From: a bacterium
Lineage (GTDB): Bacteria > Zixibacteria > MSB-5A5 > GN15 > FEB-12
Direction: 5' to 3'
Assembly: GCA_030605565.1 (NCBI GenBank)
Contig: JAUWIB010000089.1
Location: 76,197 to 140,196, forward strand
DNA length: 64,000 bases
Part shown: piece by piece, positions 37,579-49,012 of the stretch
How the letters are laid out: every line of letters begins with the position of its first letter
How positions within the stretch are numbered: the stretch's first letter is position 1
The notes under the pieces: model-generated
Seen by the model: only the letters and a program-made list of their open reading frames with translations
What the model was told of the DNA's origin: nothing
The model's database searches: none
Program-made: the position numbers and the translations under genes

Positions 37579-39110
37579 CCGCTCTTGTCCTGATTCTTTG
37601 ATTCGTACTTGGCTTTGAATTTCTTGATGGCCTTGTAAACTGCCTTAGCCACCCGTTTGTGATACTTGCTGCTCTTGAGCGTCTTCTCCTCTTTCTTGTT
37701 GGAGATGAAACCAGCCTCGATCAGCACCGACGGTGTGAACACTTTGTTCAACACAAAGAATCCGGCTTGATCGACCCCGCGTGACGGGATTTTGAGATTT
37801 TTGCGAAACTCACGCGCGAGCATCATGGCCAGGTCATACGATTCGGCCTGGAACTCGGTCATGATCATCTCGTTGAGGATGCTGAGGATCGGGTTGTTGA
37901 GTCCATATTCATCCTGTGGCGAGGCGGAATCGCCGCGATGTACTTCGAGGGCGGATCGTTCCTTGAGGAAAAAGCTGTTTTCAAACTGAGCTACCGACCT
38001 GGCCGAGTCATTCTTGGCGGGCGCCAGAAAGAAGACGTTCCAGCCTCGAGCGTTTTTCTTGACCGAGGCGTTGGCATGGATGGAAATGAACAGGTCCGCG
38101 CCGGCATCATTGGCGACCCTTGCGCGCTGATCGAGTGAGACATAGCGGTCCCGGTCGCGCGTCATCACCACCCGAAACTGCTTGTCCTTGCGGATGAGCT
38201 TAGCCAACTCCCGGGCGATTTCGAGTACCACCGTCTTCTCGCGAGTGCCACCCGGTCCGATAGCGCCGTAATCAGACCCACCGTGACCGGGATCAATTAC
38301 GATGACGTCGATTTTGTCGTCCGGTCCTACCACTATCGGAGTGGTGGAGGATGTGTCCAGAGAAAAACCGGCATCGGCAATCGTAATCTGAATGCGCGGC
38401 GGATTGTAAGCCATCTTGTGATGAAACTTCCGCACCTTGCCCTTAAGCCGCATCGACACCTGGCCCGACCCAGCCGCCTGGTGCGTCGACAGTTTGTACA
38501 TATAACGCGAATCTTTGCGGCTCTTGATCTGAGACTGGTTGATTCGGCCGTTAGTGATGGAAACGTTTAGCCAGTTGCCCTCAGTCTGAAATATCTCATA
38601 CGGCAGGGAACCGGTGAGCAGTATCTCAATCAGCAGACCATTGGCCTTGCGCGCCACGATCAGATCGGTTACGTTGAAATACTCCGAATCGATCCTCAGC
38701 AGCGCCTGCTCGCCGTTGAAAGATATCGATTGGGGCAGAGCGCCGTTGAGGAAGCTGATAAAGGTCTCGGCCGGGAGATAGAGCTGACCGTTTCGGAGGT
38801 TTGCCGGGAAGGTCATATTGTAGCTGTTGTCGTTGAGCTTGAAGAAGGGAGAGTTGAGCACAAAGTCAAACCGGTTGACGCCGTCGGTGTAACTGATTTG
38901 GTGGCCCACCGTTTCCCAGTCAAGGGTGCCGCCAAGTATCTCGGCCAGTTCGGAGAAGGACAGGTAGGTAATACGATTTTGCCGGTAGGCGGCGATATTC
39001 TGTTTGCCGCCGGAGAAAGCGACCTCGACGGTATCGGCGGACACCGAGCAGGCAAGCACGGTTGCGAGTAACAGAAGGCTGAAGAGTTTTCGAGACCGGG
39101 GTTGCATCAA
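37575..39110 (-). CDS. N-acetylmuramoyl-L-alanine amidase (Amidase_3) with N-terminal targeting domains
   Basis: There is a signal peptide. The catalytic domain carries VIDPGHGGSDYGAIG...ISIHANA. The gene overlaps murI by 4 nt. Confidence 0.85.
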   Translation of the reverse strand: MMQPRSRKLFSLLLLATVLACSVSADTVEVAFSGGKQNIAAYRQNRITYLSFSELAEILGGTLDWETVGHQISYTDGVNRFDFVLNSPFFKLNDNSYNMTFPANLRNGQLYLPAETFISFLNGALPQSISFNGEQALLRIDSEYFNVTDLIVARKANGLLIEILLTGSLPYEIFQTEGNWLNVSITNGRINQSQIKSRKDSRYMYKLSTHQAAGSGQVSMRLKGKVRKFHHKMAYNPPRIQITIADAGFSLDTSSTTPIVVGPDDKIDVIVIDPGHGGSDYGAIGPGGTREKTVVLEIARELAKLIRKDKQFRVVMTRDRDRYVSLDQRARVANDAGADLFISIHANASVKKNARGWNVFFLAPAKNDSARSVAQFENSFFLKERSALEVHRGDSASPQDEYGLNNPILSILNEMIMTEFQAESYDLAMMLAREFRKNLKIPSRGVDQAGFFVLNKVFTPSVLIEAGFISNKKEEKTLKSSKYHKRVAKAVYKAIKKFKAKYESKNQDKSG

Positions 39111-39571
39111 TAGTCTTTCCTGAGAGCCTTCTTGATATTCCTGTCCGCTTCCGCCTCGGCAATAGCCTGGCGCTTGTCATGCTTTTTACGCCCCACGGCC
39201 ACAGCCAGTTCAATTTTGACCAGGTTGCCCTTGAAATAGATAGCCAAAGGGATCAGGGTCAGTCCTTTCTGTTCAGTCTGAACAAACAGCTTGCGGATTT
39301 CTCTCTTGTGCAAAAGGAGGCGTCTGGTTCGCAGGGGATCCTGCTCGACGTCGGTGGCCATCTTGTAGGGTGATATATGCAGATTCCTCAGTAATACCTG
39401 ACCGCCCTCGACAACGGCATGTGCGTCCGACAGATTGACTTTTCCCTCACGGATAGACTTGACCTCCGCCCCCTTCAACTCGATTCCGGCTTCAAGCTTG
39501 TTCAGTATCGTATAATCATGCCAGGCCTTACGGTTTCGAGTGACATAGCGAATTTGCTCATCCTCTTTCAT
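39107..39571 (-). CDS. smpB: SsrA-binding protein SmpB
   Basis: NRKAWHDYTILNKLEAGIELKGAEVKSIR...LLLHKREI is present. The 154-aa length is typical. Confidence 0.95.
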   Translation of the reverse strand: MKEDEQIRYVTRNRKAWHDYTILNKLEAGIELKGAEVKSIREGKVNLSDAHAVVEGGQVLLRNLHISPYKMATDVEQDPLRTRRLLLHKREIRKLFVQTEQKGLTLIPLAIYFKGNLVKIELAVAVGRKKHDKRQAIAEAEADRNIKKALRKDY

Positions 39572-39748
39572 GGCGCCAAGAATAGGTGAAAGAGCCTCTT
39601 ATGGCAATTAAAATCGCTGGGCCGGCAGTAGGTCCATAAGTGACATGGTGTCGTTATCCTAAAGTTTCAGCATCTTCAGGTCGATTAATGTAGGAGAGAG
39701 TATAGGGAGCAAAACGGGCATTGACCTGTTGCGTAAAGGGGACGACTA

Positions 39749-40147
39749 ATGGCTTTTGACAATGCAGAGAAACCAGCTTCGATTCTGGTGGTGGACGACG
39801 AGGAAGTTATCGTTGATCTGCTACTGAACATCCTTCAACGCGAGGGCTACCATGTGCACTGCGCCCTATCAGGTCGCCAGGCCGTAGAAATAGCCATGAA
39901 AGTCCGTCCGGATTTGATATTCATGGATATCCTCATGCCGGATCTGGACGGTTATGGTGCTACCGAATTGATCAAGCAGAACTCGTCACTCAAAGATGTG
40001 CCGGTGATTTTCCTGACCGGGCGCTCGGCCGAAGAGGATGGCGGCAAAGCCTTTGCCACCGGCGCCACAACGTTCCTCAGAAAGCCGTTCAAGAACCAGC
40101 AGATCAAGGATCTGGTCAATTTGACCTTTATGTCGTTGGCAACCTGA
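39749..40147 (+). CDS. Receiver-only response regulator (CheY-like)
   Basis: ILVVDDEE, the phospho-acceptor site DILMPDLDG and PVIFLTG...KPF are present. There is no output domain. Confidence 0.85.
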   Translation: MAFDNAEKPASILVVDDEEVIVDLLLNILQREGYHVHCALSGRQAVEIAMKVRPDLIFMDILMPDLDGYGATELIKQNSSLKDVPVIFLTGRSAEEDGGKAFATGATTFLRKPFKNQQIKDLVNLTFMSLAT

Positions 40148-40247
40148 TCTTCTCTTCCTGGTAAAGCTTTGCAGTAGGAAAGCCGACATATCAAACTATA
40201 AGAGATAATCCAGCCATGCAGGCTGGCCCCGACCAAAGGAAGAAACC

Positions 40248-40649
40248 GTGACCCAGAAGGTCAAGTTAAGCACAGCCCGTATTCTCGTAATAGACGACGA
40301 GCCGGAAATCACTGAGATCGTCGAGACTTTCCTGGAAGAATCAGGTTATCAGGTAGCCGTTGAGAATTCCCCTAGTGAGGCGGTAGAGAAGGCACGCGCT
40401 TTCAAGCCCGATGTGGTTCTCCTGGATATCATGATGCCCGGCGTAGACGGTTACGATATCTGTCAGCAACTGAAGGCAGACCCGCAGTTTGCCGGGGTAC
40501 CGATCATCTTTCTGACCGGCAAAGACAGGACTGACGACATGGGCCGCTCGTTCCGTTCCGGCGGTGACATGTTTATCAAGAAGCCGTTTTCCTGCGAACG
40601 GCTCCTGGAAATCGTCAATATCGTCCTGCTGTCGACCGGCAAGCGTTGA
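40248..40649 (+). CDS. Receiver-only response regulator (CheY-like)
   Basis: ILVIDDEPE, DIMMPGVDG and PIIFLTG...KPF are present. There is no output domain. Confidence 0.85.
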   Translation: MTQKVKLSTARILVIDDEPEITEIVETFLEESGYQVAVENSPSEAVEKARAFKPDVVLLDIMMPGVDGYDICQQLKADPQFAGVPIIFLTGKDRTDDMGRSFRSGGDMFIKKPFSCERLLEIVNIVLLSTGKR

Positions 40650-40712
40650 GCCGGGCGCTAATTTTTTTGTTGACATTTATTGTGCGCCGCACTATAATAA
40701 GATGAGTGCGTT

Positions 40713-41303
40713 ATGAGAATCATTAAGCGATACAGTAATAGGCGTCTGTACGACACAACCGATAGCCGCACTATCACCCAGTCTCATCTGGCCTCAATGG
40801 TGCGTGAGGGCGCTGATGTCAAAATCGTGGATACTGCCTCCGGGCGCGATATCACGCTGGCCGTGTTGGGGCGGATCATGATCAGTGAGGCGCCCCGGTG
40901 GGGTGACAGACGACAGACCAAGGAAGTGTTTTCCAAGCTCATAATGGTAGGAGGTGAAAAGTCCATGTCTATTCTGAAGAACACCGTGCTGGCGTCGATC
41001 GGCGCCTTCCAGGTCACCAGAGCCAGGGCCGAGAAGGTCATCGATGATCTTATCAAAAAAGGTGATCTGGACAAGTCCAAACGCAAACAGGCTGTGATGG
41101 AGCTATTGGACAAGGCTGAGAAATCTACTTCCCAGTTGAAGGAGAAGGTTCTCAAAGAGGCCGGTCGAGCTCAGCAGGAAGTGACCGGCGCGGTTAAGAA
41201 ACTCAACCTGGCCAGGCAGTCTGACATGAAGAAGCTTGAGACCAAAGTGGACAAGCTGGCCAAACAGCTTAAGAAGCTGGAGAAGAAACTGGACAGTTTT
41301 TGA
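40713..41303 (+). CDS. PhaR-type N-terminal DNA-binding domain fused to a phasin-like coiled coil
   Basis: The N-terminus IKRYSNRRLYDTTDSRTIT...MVREGADVKIVD matches the PHB/PHA accumulation regulator DNA-binding domain. The C-terminal half is Lys/Glu-rich heptad-like (DDLIKKGDLDKSKRKQ...LEKKL). Confidence 0.65.
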   Translation: MRIIKRYSNRRLYDTTDSRTITQSHLASMVREGADVKIVDTASGRDITLAVLGRIMISEAPRWGDRRQTKEVFSKLIMVGGEKSMSILKNTVLASIGAFQVTRARAEKVIDDLIKKGDLDKSKRKQAVMELLDKAEKSTSQLKEKVLKEAGRAQQEVTGAVKKLNLARQSDMKKLETKVDKLAKQLKKLEKKLDSF

Positions 41304-41378
41304 TAGGCTGTAAGCTAACAGGTCTGGGTGGGGGAGTTATAGCGATTGTCATAAATATGTTCCGTTTCAGCGACACCA

Positions 41379-41494
41379 GGTAGGTCGAAACCCCTGCCCC
41401 GAGGGGGTCGTCCTGAGCGCAGTCGAAGGGCGAGGTTTCGACATTTCCAGCGGTATGTCAGGGTTTCTGACCTACATTTGCTGTAGGGCATGGC
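41379..41494. repeat. REP-like hairpin cluster
   Basis: ggtaggtcgaaacccctg...gtcgtcctgagcgcagtcgaaggg...ggtttcgac lies at 41379-41442. gtcagggtttctgacctaca lies at 41458-41477, followed by gctgtagggc. Confidence 0.8.
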
Positions 41495-41521
41495 AATCGG
41501 AAAGTTATTCTGACAACCGCT

Positions 41522-44112
<2,591 letters not shown>

Positions 44113-44116
44113 GGCA

Positions 44117-44896
44117 TTAGAGTTCCTTCAAGCGATCCCGGGCTTGCTCCGCCGACAGGGTGCCGGGAAAATCATCGACCAATTGCTGGTAGATAACTTT
44201 GGCCTGGTCCTTGTGCCCGAGTTCCTCGTGAGAGCGAGCCAGCTTGTAAAGCGCCCGGTCGATGTTGGACGAACTCTTGTGCTCGTTGGTCAGGTACTCG
44301 AATTCGGTAATGGCTTCGACGAACTTGCCCAACATATAATAGCTCTCACCGATCCAGTAGTGGGCATTTGGAACGTTGTCATGCTGCGGACAATGTTCCA
44401 GGAAACCACGGAAACCAGTGATAGCTTCCTCATACTCCTGTTGTCGCACCATGACGAAGAACTTGTCGTAGGTCGAGTCGCAGTTGATGGCCGGTTTACT
44501 AGTGGTGTCAGGAAATTTAACAGGGTCAGTCTGCGCGCCTTTTGAACCCTGGACATAAATGATCTCACGTCCCTGACAGCATTCGTTGAGCCTGACCATC
44601 AGTTCGTTGTAATTCTCAAGAAGCATGGCGATCTGGCGATGCAGTTCGTCAACCGATGTCCTGATTTCACCGCGCAACCGGCTGTCTTCCTCGGCGCCGA
44701 CAGCTATGATGGAGTCTACCCGCGCCAACAGCCTTTGCGTCTCCGCGTTCTCTGTCCGGAGCGCCTGTACATCCCGCTGGATAGTCTGTGCCTGCTTGTG
44801 AGTGGCACAGCCGCCCAGGAGTACACCCATAAACATAACCGCCATCGCGAGGATGGCGGTTATGATCATTTTGACTCGGTCACTCATGACACTCAA
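44117..44896 (-). CDS. cpoB: Tol-Pal system protein YbgF/CpoB
   Basis: There is an N-terminal anchor and coiled coil. The C-terminal TPR-like block reads YEEAITGFRGFLEHCPQHDNVPNAHYWIGESYYMLGKFVEAI...ALYKLARSHEELG. The gene follows pal with 0-nt spacing. Confidence 0.8.
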   Translation of the reverse strand: MSVMSDRVKMIITAILAMAVMFMGVLLGGCATHKQAQTIQRDVQALRTENAETQRLLARVDSIIAVGAEEDSRLRGEIRTSVDELHRQIAMLLENYNELMVRLNECCQGREIIYVQGSKGAQTDPVKFPDTTSKPAINCDSTYDKFFVMVRQQEYEEAITGFRGFLEHCPQHDNVPNAHYWIGESYYMLGKFVEAITEFEYLTNEHKSSSNIDRALYKLARSHEELGHKDQAKVIYQQLVDDFPGTLSAEQARDRLKEL

Positions 44897-45613
44897 CTAC
44901 TGCGATATGATTCGGAACTCACACCGACGATTCTGCTTCCAGGCATCTTCGTTAGAACCCGGGTTCGTCGGCCGCTCCTTGCCATAACTGATAGTCGACA
45001 GTCGATTGTCCGGAACACCGCGTCCGAGCAGATATTCCAGGGCGGACATGGCGCGCTTCTCACCCAGCGACAGGTTGTATTCAACCGTGCCGCGTTCATC
45101 ACAGTGTCCCTCGATCTTGATAATGGCGTCCGTGAACTCCATCAACAGATCGTAGTTGTGATCCAAAGCCGACTTAGCGTCACTCGTGAGATTGAACTTA
45201 TCAAAGGCGAAGTACACCGTTTGTAGCTGCGTTTCCTTAAGGGTCGGCGGCGGCGGCGCGGTCACCGTGACGTAGTCAACCTTAGTTTCCTGGCCGGAAC
45301 CATAGTCACTCGTTGCGGTCAGCGTAACCGTATACGAACCAGTCGCCGTGTAGGTGTAGCTCGGGTTCTGTTCGGTCGAGGTTCCCACCCCGTCACCGAA
45401 GTCCCAGTTCCAACTAGTCGGACTTCCGATCGACTGGTCAGTGAAGGTAACCAGCAGCGGTTGAACACCGACGGTCGGGTTGCCGGTAAACGCTGCCGTG
45501 GGCGCCGGCGTTGGCGCTGGCGGCGGTGGTGGTGGCGGCGGTTCACCACAGCCCAAGTACGAAAGAACAAAGATCCCAATGATCCCGAGTACGATTAGCT
45601 TCTTCATCATCAA
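44897..45613 (-). CDS. pal: Peptidoglycan-associated lipoprotein (Pal/OmpA-C) with an inserted PKD domain
   Basis: The lipobox LSYLGCG, a poly-Pro linker, a PKD motif (WNWDFGDGVGTSTEQNPSYTYTATGSYTVTLT) and the OmpA-C signature (IEGHCDERGTVEYNLSLGEKRA) are all present. Confidence 0.8.
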   Translation of the reverse strand: MMMKKLIVLGIIGIFVLSYLGCGEPPPPPPPPAPTPAPTAAFTGNPTVGVQPLLVTFTDQSIGSPTSWNWDFGDGVGTSTEQNPSYTYTATGSYTVTLTATSDYGSGQETKVDYVTVTAPPPPTLKETQLQTVYFAFDKFNLTSDAKSALDHNYDLLMEFTDAIIKIEGHCDERGTVEYNLSLGEKRAMSALEYLLGRGVPDNRLSTISYGKERPTNPGSNEDAWKQNRRCEFRIISQ

Positions 45614-45848
45614 CCTTCCTCGTTTTTATGCACACTCTCTACAACATTCTCACCAAGTTCCGGAAATCTACAGTACGTCTTGTGGGCGGTCAATAAAAAA
45701 GTGAACTATTTGAGGTGGTGGTTTCGAGTATTATTGGCGAGCCACGTGTCACGCGACCGTGCGTAGGGGGTGGCCTGGCGTCGCTCCGATAAGCGCCATT
45801 TATCCTCGGCGGAGACAAGCCCCGCCGCTACGCGACAGAAAAAGCGAC

Positions 45849-46733
45849 TTACGTGACAAGCTCACCCCTGGCTATCATAATGACCCGCCCGCCAACGCGA
45901 ACATTGATGCCTTCGGCGGTCTTTTCGGCCATCAGGCGCAGCACCGACGGTCGCCCGATCTCAATCCCCTGCTCAACCCGAATATCCAGGGAATCCTCAC
46001 CGAAATAGCGCTGTTTGACCAGGTAGGCGGCCAGGCAGCCATTGGCGCTGCCAGTGGCAGGATCCTCCGGGACGCCGAAATAGTCGGCGTAGAAGCGCAC
46101 ATTGAGCCGACAATTCGGGTCGTAGGTCTCCGGACAGAAAGTCAGGATGGCTTTGGCGTTGAGCTTCTCGATCAAGTTGTAGTACGCCGGGGTGTCGATC
46201 TTCACGCGCTTCTGTGCATTGAGAGTGCGAAGCGGCACGATCAGGTCGAAGACACCGGTGGACACCTCCAGCACAGGAAAGCGCGGGTCGAGATCGCTCT
46301 CGTTGAGTTGCAGCACGGGGGCAATTCGGGCTATATCAATCTGTTGCCCAAACTCCGGCTGAAGCTGTCGCATGGTGAGTTCGGCGGCCTCGCCGTTCTG
46401 GTAAGTGAAATCGACCGGGATGAGTCCGGCTTTCAGGCTTAAGGTGACGCAATCCACTTCATGACCGAGAATCTCTCGCTGGATCACTCAGGCCGTGCCC
46501 AGGGTGGGATGTCCGGCAAACGGCAGTTCTCGTTCCGGAGTGAAAATGCGCACTTCGTAAGCGCCGTCAGTTTCGTTTTCGGAAAGAATGAAGGTGGTTT
46601 CCGAAAAATTGAACTCACGGGCTATCTTCTGCATCTCGTCGTCGCCGTAGCGCTGTCCGTCGCGGACCACAGCGAGTTGGTTGCCGGCGTAACGCTTTTC
46701 GGCGAAGACATCAAGTATGTAAAATTTCGGCAT
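45849..46733 (-). pseudogene. PhzF-family isomerase-like gene interrupted by one in-frame TGA (46488-46490)
   Basis: ORFs 46488-46850 and 45849-46487 abut in the same frame. The upstream part has FSETTF and FAGHPTLGTA. A strong SD (ccAAGGAGGttccATG) precedes ATG 46733. The joined length of 294 codons is typical for PhzF/YddE proteins. Confidence 0.75.
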
Positions 46734-46796
46734 GGAACCTCCTTGGCAGACGGTGCTGCCCACAAATTTAGCCGGCTGTTGAAAACCGCTGCAATC

Positions 46797-46885
46797 GTCA
46801 TTGCGAGGTCGCCGCAGGCGACCGTGGCAATCTCTAAGTGGCTGCTCCATAACAACTGGAGATTGCCGCGCTTCGCTCGCAATGA
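46797..46885. repeat. Compound inverted repeat (MITE/REP-like)
   Basis: The outer arms are gtcattgcgag...ctcgcaatgac. The inner arms are ggcaatctc...gagattgcc. A nested hairpin gtcgccgcaggcgac is also present. The element lies between tolB and the phzF-like gene. Confidence 0.7.
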
Positions 46886-46949
46886 CCGAAATATGACTCT
46901 TTCAACAACCTGTTCGTCTCCGGTCAACGACGTCGTTGTCGAGAACCAA

Positions 46950-48269
46950 TCAATTCGGCAATGGACCCCAAACGGGGTTGGAGCATCCGTTGTAACGTGT
47001 CAGGCGACGCTGGTTGCGACCGGTGACATCCATCGTGAAAATATCCTGCGGACCGAGCCGGGTGGAGGAGAAAATGATGTGCTTACCGTCCGGTGAGAAG
47101 TGTGGGTTCTCGTTGTGGCCCAGTTCGGTCAAGAGACGGTAGCCGACGCCTGAGGTGTCTATCGAAGCCAGGTCGAATCGTCCGCCCCGCGTGCGCGATA
47201 CAAAAGTGATGCGATCACCTCGCTCCGCCCAGATGGGGGAGTCGTTATAGCCGGTCTGGTAGGTGAGGCGTCGAACGTTCAGGCCATCGGAATCCATGAT
47301 GTAAACCTGCGGCGCGCCTGAGCGATCGGATGAAAAGGCAATCATGCGCCCGTCGGGCGACCAGGTGGGGGAGGTGTCGATCGACCAGTGACGGGTCAAT
47401 CGTTTGATGATCTTACCCTGCAAGTCGAGCACGTAAATCTCCGAATTGCCATCCTTGGAGAGGACACAAGCGATCTTGTTGCCGTCGGGCGAGACCGACG
47501 GCGCCGCCACCAGGCCGGGGAAGGCTGCTACTTTGGTCACTTTGCCGCTCCCAACGTTGACTCGATAGAGGTGTGGATCGCCATCGAGGTAGCTGCAAAA
47601 GTAAATGTTGTCTCCACGGGGAGAGAAGGCGGGCGAGATATTGATCGACCCGTTGTTGGTCAACTGGCGTTCGTTGGCGCCGTCGTAATCGGCGATGAAC
47701 AACTGCTTGGACTTGCCGTTCTTCTTGATGTACGCAATCCTGGTCAGGAAGATGCCGGGGTCGCCGGTCAGTTGGGTGACGATTTCATTGGCAATCTCAT
47801 GACCGAGGTTACGCCAGTCATCCTTCTTGCGATCGACGGCGCCCCGGGCGAACTGTCGTTTGATGTTGGCATCCCACAACTTCCACCGCACGCGCATCAT
47901 GCGCCCCGGAAACTCGGCCTCAAGTCTCACCACATAGTCGGCTCCCAAACGTTGCCAGCCGAACAGATTCAACTCCACGATTTCGTAGAGCTTAATGTAA
48001 AAACTATCTACCCGGATTAGCTCGAAATCGGCGTAGAAATCCAGATCGCGCTGCACAATGCGTGTAACGTATCCCATCAGCGTTGAATCGCCGGCGGTGA
48101 TGTATTCATTTCCGACGTACACCATCTGATCGACACCGATCGGCACCGGTTGCACATCACCGGTACTCATAGTGTCGAACAGGATTTCTCTTACACCAAT
48201 CTCCTGGGCGGTCGTACACAATGGCGCGCACAGGAGCGTTACAATCACTGCCGGGAGAATCCATTTCAT
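46950..48269 (-). CDS. tolB: Tol-Pal system beta-propeller protein TolB
   Basis: A signal peptide and an N-terminal TolB domain are followed by repeated SPDG/SPRG-containing propeller blades (SPDGNKIA, SPDGRMIAFSS, SPDGKHIIFSS). Confidence 0.9.
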   Translation of the reverse strand: MKWILPAVIVTLLCAPLCTTAQEIGVREILFDTMSTGDVQPVPIGVDQMVYVGNEYITAGDSTLMGYVTRIVQRDLDFYADFELIRVDSFYIKLYEIVELNLFGWQRLGADYVVRLEAEFPGRMMRVRWKLWDANIKRQFARGAVDRKKDDWRNLGHEIANEIVTQLTGDPGIFLTRIAYIKKNGKSKQLFIADYDGANERQLTNNGSINISPAFSPRGDNIYFCSYLDGDPHLYRVNVGSGKVTKVAAFPGLVAAPSVSPDGNKIACVLSKDGNSEIYVLDLQGKIIKRLTRHWSIDTSPTWSPDGRMIAFSSDRSGAPQVYIMDSDGLNVRRLTYQTGYNDSPIWAERGDRITFVSRTRGGRFDLASIDTSGVGYRLLTELGHNENPHFSPDGKHIIFSSTRLGPQDIFTMDVTGRNQRRLTRYNGCSNPVWGPLPN

Positions 48270-48270
48270 G

Positions 48271-49008
48271 CTACATACCTGGTCTGTATTTGAAGGGAAG
48301 GGTGATGCCGATTATCTCGTCGGCAAACTGTCGGGGCAACGGAGGAAAGGGTGCAGCGCGTTCTACCGCTGCATAGCAGGCATCGTCAAATCGCGGTATA
48401 CCCGAGGAACTCTCGATGCGAATAACGATAACCTTGCCGGACTTGATAACTTCAAAATATACCGCGCAAATGATCACTCCGTCGGCCGCTACCGGGTTTC
48501 GCCAGTTGCGCCGAATCTTGTTGAAAGCTTGAGTAAACCAGTAAGGGTAGTTGAAACTGGCGTTGTCGATGGTGGCGCCGGCAAATGGGGAGCTTCCCGC
48601 GGTGGCTGGGGAATGGATATCGCCGGGGCCGTTGTCGGCGGCATCGTCGACGGTGACCGGCTGCTGTGTCGCTTCGGTGACGACCGATTGTACCGGCGGA
48701 GGTTCCGGTTCAGGCTCCTCGACCTCAACTTCTTCCTCCATTACCGCCTCGTCACTGGTCTCCGGTTCACCGATCGGTATGTCCGGTGGCTCTTCCTCCA
48801 CCGCGGGGGGAATGGTAACCTCCACCTGCTCGGGCGGGGGCGCTACCGGCTCGGGTTCGATTGCAGCAGCCGGGAATCCCGATATTAGCTCCACCTGGAT
48901 CACGTCATCATAGTCGGGTTGGCCATTGATCTTGAACGGGGACGCCAGCAAAGTCAGCGCCACCACCCCTACATGCAAAGCAACAGAGAAAATGAGATCC
49001 CGCGTCAT
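48271..49008 (-). CDS. TolA/TonB-family energy transducer
   Basis: An N-terminal TM helix, a Pro/Glu-rich spacer (EPEPVAPPPEQ...EEVEVEEPEPEPPP) and a C-terminal TonB-C-like domain are present. Its position between tolR and tolB suggests a TolA role. Confidence 0.7.
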   Translation of the reverse strand: MTRDLIFSVALHVGVVALTLLASPFKINGQPDYDDVIQVELISGFPAAAIEPEPVAPPPEQVEVTIPPAVEEEPPDIPIGEPETSDEAVMEEEVEVEEPEPEPPPVQSVVTEATQQPVTVDDAADNGPGDIHSPATAGSSPFAGATIDNASFNYPYWFTQAFNKIRRNWRNPVAADGVIICAVYFEVIKSGKVIVIRIESSSGIPRFDDACYAAVERAAPFPPLPRQFADEIIGITLPFKYRPGM

Positions 49009-49012
49009 GGCC

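Noticed and set aside
39572-39748. tmRNA (ssrA) next to smpB.
   Set aside because: I could not find a tRNA-Ala-like acceptor/T-arm or a tag-peptide reading frame in the spacers flanking smpB. A covariance-model scan would be needed to be sure.
46488-46490. Genome-wide reassignment of TGA (code 4 or 25) as the explanation for the in-frame stop in the phzF-like gene.
   Set aside because: Many well-conserved genes in the window (feoB, tal, purB, dcm, and the 307-aa gene upstream of vsr) end at TGA exactly where their families end. TGA is therefore a functional stop here.
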